Source of the DNA: a virus
Reading direction: 5' to 3' (one strand)
DNA: 64,000 bases
IMG/VR virus record: IMGVR_UViG_3300045988_172839
Coordinates: 160,001 to 224,000 of that record
In this document: piece by piece, positions 56,609 through 64,000 of the stretch
How positions within the stretch are numbered: the stretch's first letter is position 1
How the letters are laid out: the number at the start of each line of letters is the position of its first letter
Notes under the pieces: model-generated
Databases searched by the model: none
Told to the model about the DNA's origin: nothing
The model's input: the letters and a program-made list of their open reading frames with translations, nothing else
Position numbers and translations under genes: made by a program

Positions 56609-56864
56609 CTGTTACCTCATCTTTAAACAAAACCTCTCGCTTAAATCGACCATCTAAAAATTCATCTAATGGACGGAGCCAGTGTAGACGATTAGCATCT
56701 CCAAGGCGCTTATAGGATACCGCAAGAGTTAAATCAGACTCCACTATTACAATGTCTTTAACAGTGTAAAGGTTGTCTGTCTTTAAATGTCGCCAAAGAG
56801 AACCTATGGGAACTTCTTTACGTTTAAGAGATAAATCTTCTTGCACTTCTTCTAGTGATTTCAT
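56586..56864 (-). CDS. DUF1653-like small protein
   Basis: GSLWRHLKTDNLYTV...VSYKRLGD...WLRPLDEFLDGRFKR resembles the DUF1653 pattern. Confidence 0.55.
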   Translation of the reverse strand: MKSLEEVQEDLSLKRKEVPIGSLWRHLKTDNLYTVKDIVIVESDLTLAVSYKRLGDANRLHWLRPLDEFLDGRFKREVLFKDEVTDGSNYRR

Positions 56865-57631
56865 AAACTCAACCTCTCCACTACCGCTGCCTTGTTTTCT
56901 ACCAAAGGAACTAATACCTCATGTATCTGAGAACCAAATAAACTTAAAAAGTTGTCTATATCTTTTACTTGAAATGAAAGTCCTTCGCCAAATTGATACC
57001 GCTTCTCTTCCACATATAAGAAAGTTGAATTAGTAGGTACTTGCCACTTCTTCTTTAGCAACGCTTTTTGCCCTGCTTCATCATTATCCGGAACACAAAT
57101 TACCTTGTCGAACAAGTTAAGAACTGCTCCCTTATAAGCATTTACGTCCGCTCCCATAGTCGCAATAGCTGGTACACCATAAGCGTCCAAATGAAGAGCA
57201 TCGAAAATACCTTCAACCACCACTACAGAACCTCGATACCGCTTGTCACCGTTAAAGGACTTATCTAAGGCTCGATCTAAATTGAACCAATGACTTTCTT
57301 TAGAGAAGTCTTTGTCAGCAATAGTGTAGTATTTTGGAAACCCTTTTCGCCAACCTACTAAAGTTGCAATCGAACCATCTGCGTTACGAATAGGTACAAC
57401 CACTCGACCTTCTAAAGTAAAAGTTCCTTTATCTAACCAACCTACCTCATCTAAGGCATTCATCAACTCAATATTAACTGAAGGACTTGTTGCGAAACCT
57501 AAATAATTCTCAATCAAATAAGACTTAATCTCATCATGAATGTACTTTCGCTGAGTGGCGACTTCGGATACCGAGTCTAAATCGATAAGGTGTGACTTAA
57601 CCAATTCAAAAACTTCTTCTTTGGTTCTCAA
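56861..57631 (-). CDS. Toprim-domain DNA primase (DnaG-like)
   Basis: VVVVEGIFDALHL (Toprim E-G-x-x-D) and ICVPDNDEAGQKA (DxD-x-x-G). Confidence 0.6.
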   Translation of the reverse strand: MRTKEEVFELVKSHLIDLDSVSEVATQRKYIHDEIKSYLIENYLGFATSPSVNIELMNALDEVGWLDKGTFTLEGRVVVPIRNADGSIATLVGWRKGFPKYYTIADKDFSKESHWFNLDRALDKSFNGDKRYRGSVVVVEGIFDALHLDAYGVPAIATMGADVNAYKGAVLNLFDKVICVPDNDEAGQKALLKKKWQVPTNSTFLYVEEKRYQFGEGLSFQVKDIDNFLSLFGSQIHEVLVPLVENKAAVVERLSL

Positions 57632-57665
57632 CGTATAAATTCTTCCTTTCCTTTAAATTTCTTTT

Positions 57666-57694
57666 ATTATAGCACAAAAACGCAAAGAAAACAA
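57666..57694 (-). promoter_or_regulatory. Extended -10 promoter (weak -35)
   Basis: TTGTTT-17 nt-(TGC)TATAAT upstream of the primase gene. Confidence 0.45.
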
Positions 57695-57720
57695 GTACAT
57701 GACTTGTTTTCCAGACTATA

Positions 57721-58467
57721 TCAAAGAACTTGACTATTAGGTACGTCTGAGCTTGCTAAACTTAAAAGTAAATTCTGAATGTAGAGCAAGCAAACTCTAT
57801 GAGATACCCCATTAACTGCATCTTTTGGTTTAAAGTTCTTAAAGGACTGTAAACCTATCTCTAAAGCATCAGATTGCGACCATCGGGGATTTAAGTTAAA
57901 AGAACAACTGTATTGAGCTAATAAATCTAAAATCTCACCCTTCGAAATTCCGTTTGGGAACTTATATGCAATAATGTTATAAACATCAACCTTATCTTTT
58001 GCTCGACGATCCACATATCTATTGCACATTTGGATTTTTCTTGCTAAAGAGTGTTCAATCGGAAGAACTTCGTACTGCCAAGTTCCTAAATTTGAGCTGA
58101 AGTCAATCTTCAAACAAGGAGTTACGCAAGTACCGTTTGTTACTTGGAACTTATAAATAACTGAAGTCTCACGGACTTTTATCGGTTTGAAGGATACCGT
58201 TAGACCTAGTTCATTTAGTCTCAATGCGAAACGGTCTTGAAACGTAAAGTAATCAAGCTCAGATAAATCGCCAAAGTAGTCTAAATCTAAATCCGTAGTT
58301 TCCCTTGTCTCTTCTGCTAAGTCAATCAAACCCGCAAAGTAGTTCGAGTAAATCGCATGAGCGCCCACTACTGTAATCTTGTTTGCTAAACCTAAATCTT
58401 CTTGCAAAGTACGAAAAGCCAAGTTTAATAAGTCATTGTAAGTGCGTTTTGTTTTAAGATTAAACAA
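57721..58467 (-). CDS. Hypothetical protein (possible AbiEii-like nucleotidyltransferase fold)
   Basis: VVGAHAIY...RETTDLDLDYF loosely resembles the NTase G..-R.T.DLD region; weak. Confidence 0.55.
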   Translation of the reverse strand: MFNLKTKRTYNDLLNLAFRTLQEDLGLANKITVVGAHAIYSNYFAGLIDLAEETRETTDLDLDYFGDLSELDYFTFQDRFALRLNELGLTVSFKPIKVRETSVIYKFQVTNGTCVTPCLKIDFSSNLGTWQYEVLPIEHSLARKIQMCNRYVDRRAKDKVDVYNIIAYKFPNGISKGEILDLLAQYSCSFNLNPRWSQSDALEIGLQSFKNFKPKDAVNGVSHRVCLLYIQNLLLSLASSDVPNSQVL

Positions 58468-58564
58468 TGTATAGCTCCTTTCCTAGTAGTTTTATTGCTA
58501 ATTATTTTAACACAAAACAGTAGAAAAATCAACCCTCTACGAGAGTTGACCGTTCCAATCCTAT

Positions 58565-58939
58565 TTAGTTCTTCAACTGTTTCAAAACTTCAAATAGCAT
58601 TGTAATATCCGGTGCTAAGTACGTTTGAACTGATAACAAAGCGTAATCAACCAAGCACAATACTAGGAAGGATACCGCTAGGTATTTGAGCCACTTCTTT
58701 CGAATAGCAGTTACTTCTTCCTCAAGTTCATCTTCTAAATCTGAGTGGTACTTAAATCCTACATAAATTAAGACACCTAGTACAATCAAGGCAGTGAAAC
58801 TTAGAAAGTCGTTCCAAAGGTCAAAAACCTTATAAATTTGCCACTGAGAGCGTAGTTGTGGGTAGTTTCCTACAAATTGTTGTACCAAATCGGTGCTTAC
58901 ATTTGGCGATTTTGCTAGTTCATCAAATAATTTATCCAC
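58565..58939 (-). CDS. Membrane protein
   Basis: 124 aa with two hydrophobic helices. Confidence 0.6.
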   Translation of the reverse strand: MDKLFDELAKSPNVSTDLVQQFVGNYPQLRSQWQIYKVFDLWNDFLSFTALIVLGVLIYVGFKYHSDLEDELEEEVTAIRKKWLKYLAVSFLVLCLVDYALLSVQTYLAPDITMLFEVLKQLKN

Positions 58940-59281
58940 TTAGTTTACCCCCCTCAAAAATAAAGACTTTCCTAATTCATCATAATTAAGAATAAGCAGT
59001 TTGTAATTGGTATTCACAACTTCTAGTGAAATGCGATCTTGAGCTTCACTTACCTCAAATGTTACATAACTATTTAATAAAATCGAACTTATAGTCTCAA
59101 TTACGTTATCTACGCTCAAATAAGACTGTTGATAAGAAATAGAATCGTGTCCGAGTCTATCTTCTTCAAATTTTGAGACTACATAGCGTGCGTTTTTCTT
59201 TAAATGTCTTCTCAGTTTCCTAATAACTTCTTCTGTTGAGTAAACTGTTAAACGTTTTGGTTTTGAGTGTTCAGGAAACAT
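58940..59281 (-). CDS. Hypothetical protein
   Basis: 113-aa tiling ORF abutting the next gene. Confidence 0.6.
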   Translation of the reverse strand: MFPEHSKPKRLTVYSTEEVIRKLRRHLKKNARYVVSKFEEDRLGHDSISYQQSYLSVDNVIETISSILLNSYVTFEVSEAQDRISLEVVNTNYKLLILNYDELGKSLFLRGVN

Positions 59282-59300
59282 TTAGATACCCTTTCTAAAT

Positions 59301-59549
59301 TTATTTTGTAAGGAGCAAGTCTAAACCGTTTGTATACTGTTTCGATAAGTATAAAAGTTCTTCCTCAGAAATATAAGTAATACCCTTACGCTTTATATAA
59401 GACCAAGTTCTGTTGTACATCTCATCAGGTACAGACAACCAACCGTAGTCATCTCTAAAGAAAATCTTCAATATTTGGTCTTGAACCATGAAAATAGTTT
59501 GGTCTCCGTTTTTAAAGTTAATACGAAAAGGTTTTAATTCTTCAATCAT
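59301..59549 (-). CDS. Hypothetical protein
   Basis: 82-aa tiling ORF. Confidence 0.6.
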   Translation of the reverse strand: MIEELKPFRINFKNGDQTIFMVQDQILKIFFRDDYGWLSVPDEMYNRTWSYIKRKGITYISEEELLYLSKQYTNGLDLLLTK

Positions 59550-59552
59550 ATT

Positions 59553-59696
59553 TTAGTCCTCAAATTCACTACGCATTTCTTCAACAAAATCGTCTGAGAT
59601 TAAACCTTGTTTTAAAGCTTCTTCCACTACAAATTCCTTAACTAAAAGCTCATTTAACTCCGTCAAAGGTAAAGAAACCATCTGTGTTTGTGTCAT
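59553..59696 (-). CDS. Small acidic hypothetical protein (47 aa)
   Basis: Own reading: MTQTQMVSLPLTELNELLVKEF...; exactly fills the gap between 59549 and 59698. Confidence 0.4.
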   Translation of the reverse strand: MTQTQMVSLPLTELNELLVKEFVVEEALKQGLISDDFVEEMRSEFED

Positions 59697-59697
59697 A

Positions 59698-60060
59698 CTA
59701 TTTTCCTTTCAATTCTTCTTCATAATGAGTTACAAGCTCTTCCATATAACGTCTAGTCCAACGTTTAATTTTGGCGAGTTGACCTACTGATAGTAAACTA
59801 ATTTCATATAGAGGAGCTAACGTACTTTTACGTACCCAATCAAAACTCGTATCTGGCCAAATATATCCCTCACAAACAGTTGTGCCACCTAGGGAATAAT
59901 CCTCTATTTCAACATTTAGTGGACTAATTGAATCAGAATAGATAAAAACTTCTAATTTCAATTCTTTATCTTTCAACTTCTCATTCAGTAAGGAGTTCAA
60001 CTCCATAGAGCACCCTTTTAAGTCTTTAGGGTCGCTTTTTACTAATTGTGCTTTTGCCAT
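59698..60060 (-). CDS. Hypothetical protein
   Basis: 120-aa tiling ORF. Confidence 0.6.
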   Translation of the reverse strand: MAKAQLVKSDPKDLKGCSMELNSLLNEKLKDKELKLEVFIYSDSISPLNVEIEDYSLGGTTVCEGYIWPDTSFDWVRKSTLAPLYEISLLSVGQLAKIKRWTRRYMEELVTHYEEELKGK

Positions 60061-60072
60061 ATTATACCTCTT

Positions 60073-60645
60073 TTAACTAAAATACTCAGAATCACAAGAT
60101 ACTCCAAGTAAACCTTCTACTAATGTTTTATTAATCAAAGAAAAAGGAAAACCAGACTCAAAATGGGATACCCAAATATCACTAATAACTAAATCCTTAG
60201 TAGTGAATTCCTGCAAGAGATTACGTTTTACAAGAGCATGAGGTAACACTTTAAAGTCTACTTGACATCGAATACGTTTCAGTTTCATCCCCTGATGTGA
60301 GAACTCAAACACTAATTTATTAGCTTTCACATCCGTCTCAAAATAACCAAATGTAATTTCACCCCTATAACACTCACCAAACCACTTAGATAGTGGACTA
60401 GTTTCGTAAATAAGCGTTTCAATAGAAGTAACGGAACAAGACTTTTCAAACTCTTTTAACTTATTAACCTTAGTAGAACAATATAATCGTAAAACCTCTT
60501 GATATTGCTCTAATTGTAATAAACGTTGAAGAAGGTCTATAAATTGCTCCTCAGTTTCAATCAGAAAATCATCTCGATCATCTGTTTTGGGTTTATACCC
60601 CTTAGGATGAACAGAAGTTTGCAAAAATTCTTTTAAACTAGGCAT
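60073..60645 (-). CDS. Hypothetical protein
   Basis: Start set to ATG 60645 (MPSLKEF..., GGAGG RBS) instead of 60744, which overlaps the upstream gene. Confidence 0.6.
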   Translation of the reverse strand: MPSLKEFLQTSVHPKGYKPKTDDRDDFLIETEEQFIDLLQRLLQLEQYQEVLRLYCSTKVNKLKEFEKSCSVTSIETLIYETSPLSKWFGECYRGEITFGYFETDVKANKLVFEFSHQGMKLKRIRCQVDFKVLPHALVKRNLLQEFTTKDLVISDIWVSHFESGFPFSLINKTLVEGLLGVSCDSEYFS

Positions 60646-60649
60646 TAAA

Positions 60650-60874
60650 TCAACCTCCAACCTTATCTGAAACTTCGTATAGCAAACAAATAGACTCGTG
60701 GAAGTCATTAGCAGATACCCCACTATCAGCAAATCCTGAAACATTTGCTTGATAGCGCATATCTAAAACTCTAACATTTGGATTTTCTGCTAACCACTTA
60801 TTTGCTTTCTCGTCTGCACTAACCCAATTCTCCCTAAAACCAGAGTCCGTTGTAAAAATCTTAATTTGTTGCAT
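60650..60874 (-). CDS. Hypothetical small protein
   Basis: 74-aa tiling ORF. Confidence 0.55.
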   Translation of the reverse strand: MQQIKIFTTDSGFRENWVSADEKANKWLAENPNVRVLDMRYQANVSGFADSGVSANDFHESICLLYEVSDKVGG

Positions 60875-61379
60875 CTTTTAAGTCCTTTTCCTTAACCCAC
60901 TTACCATCTACAACTTGACCTTTTCGGTCTTTAATTTCTTCCCAAGCGTGTTCAACACAGTCAGTTAGGTTCCAACCGTAGTGTTTTGCAATGTGTTTTA
61001 AATCTGCAACAACATCTCGCAAAACCCAGATACCGCTTGCACCTGAGAAAATCAAATTTGTAGAGATAGCGATTTGGTCTAGGTGGAAACCCAAATAATT
61101 AGACTCACCTTTATCTATCCACCAAAATTCTTCAAAAAAGTTATGCTCACCCTTTGAAAATTGCTGCACGTAGATAATCAAAGTGACTATAATATCACCC
61201 AAAGAGTCTTTCAATTCAAGTGTGTTACCTCGGTAATAAGCACCGAAGAGTTCTCCAAACTCTTCCATAATCTTGTAGCGTTGCTCTTGATAAGATAACT
61301 TGTTGATACCCCTAGCCCTAGACCACTCTTCGATTTTGGTAATCAAGAGGGGCATTTCTTTTAATTCATTTGTAATCAT
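60861..61379 (-). CDS. MazG-like all-alpha NTP pyrophosphohydrolase
   Basis: IMEEFGELFGAYYRGN...LKDSLGDIIVTLIIY (E..E..E..D metal-binding helices); C-terminal WEEIKDRKGQVVDGKWVK. Confidence 0.5.
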   Translation of the reverse strand: MITNELKEMPLLITKIEEWSRARGINKLSYQEQRYKIMEEFGELFGAYYRGNTLELKDSLGDIIVTLIIYVQQFSKGEHNFFEEFWWIDKGESNYLGFHLDQIAISTNLIFSGASGIWVLRDVVADLKHIAKHYGWNLTDCVEHAWEEIKDRKGQVVDGKWVKEKDLKDATN

Positions 61380-61382
61380 AAA

Positions 61383-61664
61383 CTAAGCTCCGTAAATATA
61401 GTCTACAATTTCATTAACCGTTGAAAATTGCAACTCATCTGTTGGATATAACAGCAAAACATCTGCTAGAGGAGTTGAGTGATCCACACAATAATACTTA
61501 ATTGTGTTTGTTTTGAAATCTACTCTGAAAATTTCCTTAACATGATTCGCTTTTAACCGCTCAAAATACAATTTCCACTTTGTTTTACGTGCAATATGCT
61601 CATAACCCGTGTCCATGTATTCTGACAACTCTTTAATTAAATCTTGCATCATGATTTTTACCAC
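61383..61664 (-). CDS. Hypothetical protein
   Basis: 93-aa tiling ORF. Confidence 0.6.
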   Translation of the reverse strand: MVKIMMQDLIKELSEYMDTGYEHIARKTKWKLYFERLKANHVKEIFRVDFKTNTIKYYCVDHSTPLADVLLLYPTDELQFSTVNEIVDYIYGA

Positions 61665-61671
61665 CTTTTAA

Positions 61672-62166
61672 TTATTTCTGTTCCTTATTTTTAATCAAAT
61701 CAGCGTTTTCATAAAGGTTCCCCACAATCGTAAAATCATCTGACAACTGTAGAAAATCACTCAATACTCTCATATTATCTTCATAGATAGAAGACCACAA
61801 AGCTGATTCCTCCAATAAACCATATTTGCTCTTTGTTAGTAAGAACTCGAAACCGTTAAACTCCAAAGCAAAGTAGTTCTCAATCTGAGTTTCACCATAA
61901 GCTTCGTCTTGGTTTTCACAAAAACCACCATCACTAAAGTACACTGTATCAGCAACTTTAATAATAGCCCCTGCAAATAGAGGTTGACCTTTAGAGTCTA
62001 CAAAGGGAGTTTGAGGTAAGAGGATACTCTCAGACAGTGGGATGAACTGTTTAAAGTCATCTTCATGTACTGGATAAATCTCCCCTTGCACATAATCGAT
62101 TCCTGCTACTTGGAACATCTGTTTAGTTTTGGTGTCCCATACTTTGTAAGTCATTGTGTTGTTCAT
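61672..62166 (-). CDS. YopX-family protein
   Basis: YKVWDTKTKQM ... PLFAGAIIKV ... IVGNLYENADLI matches the YopX pattern. Confidence 0.65.
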   Translation of the reverse strand: MNNTMTYKVWDTKTKQMFQVAGIDYVQGEIYPVHEDDFKQFIPLSESILLPQTPFVDSKGQPLFAGAIIKVADTVYFSDGGFCENQDEAYGETQIENYFALEFNGFEFLLTKSKYGLLEESALWSSIYEDNMRVLSDFLQLSDDFTIVGNLYENADLIKNKEQK

Positions 62167-62174
62167 GAAATCCT

Positions 62175-62591
62175 TTATTTACCTTTCAGCGCTTTATAAA
62201 GCAAACCAACCAAAACTTCTTTTTCTTGAGTCTCTAAAAACCAACACAAGTCCAAATCAGAGTCAATCGGAAATTCATCCAAAGAGCGCGTACCGTTTAC
62301 AACCTCTACAAGTTCGGAAACCGAAACCTTATAATGGTTTGAATCTCGGAAACCTACATAATCATTGCAAAGAAAGACAGTTTCAGTTTCAAAGTCATAG
62401 TAATACTTATTAACCCCTTTAACTAAAGAAACACCACGAAACTGTTTACATAGTTCAGACTCAAATTCTACCAACTCAGTCAAACCTACTAAAGTGTAAG
62501 AATCTGGGTAAGTAGGTAAATCTTTTAAAGCAAAGTCCGTTAACTGACCTTCTGTATGTAATTTTTGTAGCTGTTTCAAATTAAGCTTCAT
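62175..62591 (-). CDS. Hypothetical protein
   Basis: Start set to ATG 62591 (MKLNLKQ..., GGAAGGAA RBS, 1 nt after the upstream stop). Confidence 0.55.
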   Translation of the reverse strand: MKLNLKQLQKLHTEGQLTDFALKDLPTYPDSYTLVGLTELVEFESELCKQFRGVSLVKGVNKYYYDFETETVFLCNDYVGFRDSNHYKVSVSELVEVVNGTRSLDEFPIDSDLDLCWFLETQEKEVLVGLLYKALKGK

Positions 62592-62592
62592 C

Positions 62593-63012
62593 TTAAATTC
62601 CTTCCAATAAATCCTTGTTTTGATAAATGTTGCCAACTACTTTCACATCAAGTCGATGGTCTCCCAATAGCAAATCCTCAAGCTCTACTGTAAAACGGTT
62701 TGTAATATTTAAACCTAAATCCAAGCGCTCAACGATACCGAGAGAATAAAAAGTGTCTTCTAATTGAGGATCATAATCTTCAAACTGGACAATATCACCT
62801 TCAAAAATCTCAACCTTATCCTCAGAATTGTCGAACACGTGGAAAGACTGCATGGCATTGTTAGGGAATAAAGCTTTTGCAATAGGTAATCTATATCCTG
62901 TTAAGGGAGAAAAAATCTCATAAATTGCTCCATTAAAGTGCTTTGTTAAACAATGGTCTGGAACCATAAGGCAAAGCTCTGGATCCCAAGCTCTTATCTT
63001 TGGTATAGTCAT
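62593..63012 (-). CDS. YopX-family protein
   Basis: IPKIRAWDPELCLM ... IFEGDIVQFED ... VVGNIYQNKDLLE. Confidence 0.7.
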   Translation of the reverse strand: MTIPKIRAWDPELCLMVPDHCLTKHFNGAIYEIFSPLTGYRLPIAKALFPNNAMQSFHVFDNSEDKVEIFEGDIVQFEDYDPQLEDTFYSLGIVERLDLGLNITNRFTVELEDLLLGDHRLDVKVVGNIYQNKDLLEGI

Positions 63013-63047
63013 CTTAACATCCTCCTAGGAATTCAATCTAACTGCGC

Positions 63048-63404
63048 TTACGGACACGCAACCCAAGTTGGGTATTCTAAGTCATACCCTACATCATTTG
63101 GTGAGAATAATACATCCTCAATGTAAGACTTAGAGTCCTTGTCATAGTGCATCAAAGTCAATGTCATTGAATGTTTAAATGCAATTCGAATGACTGCAGT
63201 TAAAGCTGGTGTTAAACCTGTTACATAGATAATTAAATCATCATGGTCTGTAATCCCTAACTCATTGAACCTATCTACTACTTGATTTCTCAAAGTTTTA
63301 GGGTCGATGGGGAAAGTAATAGAACCCTCAGCGAAGATGTAAGTTGTTACATCTTTAATTTCATGTCGGTTGTCGCAAAGACCTAATTTGTAAGTTTTAG
63401 CCAT
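63048..63404 (-). CDS. Hypothetical protein
   Basis: 118 aa; AGGAG RBS and consensus promoter 63446-63474. Confidence 0.65.
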   Translation of the reverse strand: MAKTYKLGLCDNRHEIKDVTTYIFAEGSITFPIDPKTLRNQVVDRFNELGITDHDDLIIYVTGLTPALTAVIRIAFKHSMTLTLMHYDKDSKSYIEDVLFSPNDVGYDLEYPTWVACP

Positions 63405-63445
63405 AGTTTTATTCTCCTATTTATCTTTTATTTTAAGTATGTTTT

Positions 63446-63474
63446 ATTATAACACAAATAAAAGAATAAGTCAA
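63446..63474 (-). promoter_or_regulatory. Consensus promoter
   Basis: TTGACT-17 nt-TATAAT on the minus strand. Confidence 0.7.
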
Positions 63475-63477
63475 GTA

Positions 63478-63744
63478 TTAAAAGACTTGACCTACTCCCA
63501 ACACAAGTAAAAGCAAAATAAAGGATATCGAAAGTAAGAAAATCATACCGTTAAGACACCATTGAACAATTTTCTTCTTTTCTGCCTTAGTTGGTGCGTG
63601 TTTGAATAACTTCCAACAAATACGAAACCAACTCAAAAAGAGAAATATCAACAGTCCAATAAAGACATAAAGGTGTTGATCCATGAAACTTAAAAAAGCG
63701 TGTGCATAATGTTTTAAAGTGTTCCAAAGTTGTGTATAGTTCAT
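63478..63744 (-). CDS. Small membrane protein
   Basis: 88 aa with two TM helices. Confidence 0.55.
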   Translation of the reverse strand: MNYTQLWNTLKHYAHAFLSFMDQHLYVFIGLLIFLFLSWFRICWKLFKHAPTKAEKKKIVQWCLNGMIFLLSISFILLLLVLGVGQVF

Positions 63745-63926
63745 GAGTGTAGTTTTTCTAAGTCGGAATTAGAGAGTAAGCTTAACTGAAAACTATCTAA
63801 AGTTTCCAATAAACCAGTGTTTATTTCAAGGTCGAACCATTCACCTTGAATGTTCACTTTATAAGTATAAGAACTGTGAGACCTATATCGTTTATTCAAC
63901 AAATAAATTAAGCGAAGAAACAACAA
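63741..63926 (-). CDS. Hypothetical small protein
   Basis: 61 aa, TTG start, 4-nt overlap downstream; start uncertain. Confidence 0.4.
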   Translation of the reverse strand: MLFLRLIYLLNKRYRSHSSYTYKVNIQGEWFDLEINTGLLETLDSFQLSLLSNSDLEKLHS

Positions 63927-64000
63927 ACCATAATGTTGATCTAACCAGATCCAAAAGGAGCGCTCAATTAAACGGTGTTTAGAATCTCTTATATTTCCCC

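Noticed and set aside
1788-62413. All plus-strand ORFs in the track (e.g. 1788-2015, 7806-8219, 41525-41836, 49403-49741, 62156-62413)
   Set aside because: Each lies entirely antisense to a longer minus-strand gene that has motifs, an RBS or tiling support. They have no RBS or promoter context and are typical shadow ORFs.
1-64000. GATACC enrichment as a consequence of a recurring peptide (GYP/GIP) or of codon usage
   Set aside because: The hexamer is found in all three frames, even within one gene, and is frequent in non-coding DNA and hairpin loops.
1-64000. GGATAC (reverse complement of the BciVI/BfuI site GTATCC) as the real motif
   Set aside because: Only about half of the copies have G before GATACC. 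The conserved core extends 3' (GATACCS) instead, so a GTATCC restriction-site explanation does not fit.
1-64000. Prophage, ICE or transposon boundaries (integrase, att sites, transposase, inverted terminal repeats)
   Set aside because: I recognised no integrase, recombinase or transposase motifs in any ORF, and no long inverted or direct terminal repeats in the window.

Overview
This 64-kb window is AT-rich and very gene-dense. Every credible gene (about 90) lies on the minus strand, often with overlapping or abutting stop and start codons. By eye it looks like the early/middle arm (host takeover, replication, recombination, nucleotide metabolism) of a large virulent phage of a Streptococcus-like Firmicute. 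The host guess rests on a PcsB-type secreted CHAP gene and on sigma-A type extended -10 promoters. I recognise no capsid, tail, terminase, integrase, transposase, tRNA, rRNA or CRISPR features. Genes callable from motifs: partial ParM/Alp actin-like ATPase, RecJ-like DHH phosphoesterase, C5 cytosine methyltransferase, UvrD-like SF1 helicase, J-domain protein, HAD nucleotidase-like protein, PnuC-like transporter, stand-alone DUF262, ATP-grasp-like protein, PcsB-like CHAP hydrolase, an SbcD/Mre11-like nuclease with an apparently split SbcC/Rad50 ATPase, ATP-cone protein, two DUF1653-like proteins, Toprim primase, MazG-like pyrophosphatase and two YopX proteins. Most other ORFs are hypothetical, and several form tandem paralog pairs or triplets. 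The main unexplained signals are at the DNA/RNA level. (1) The hexamer GATACC occurs at least 114 times on the plus strand against about 2 on the minus strand, roughly 10-fold above expectation, in all reading frames and in intergenic DNA. (2) Two arrays of a 9-bp box (YTANGACAA) are phased at exactly 21 bp, with 19 and about 8 copies. (3) A 1.5-kb ORF-free leader downstream of a consensus promoter carries 5-6 hairpins with covarying stems and an invariant 10-nt loop. There are also several smaller tandem or phased repeats, and a series of terminator-promoter-gene cassettes with near-consensus promoters. All calls come from reading the sequence and ORF track by eye. No database search or exact computation was possible, so counts are hand counts.
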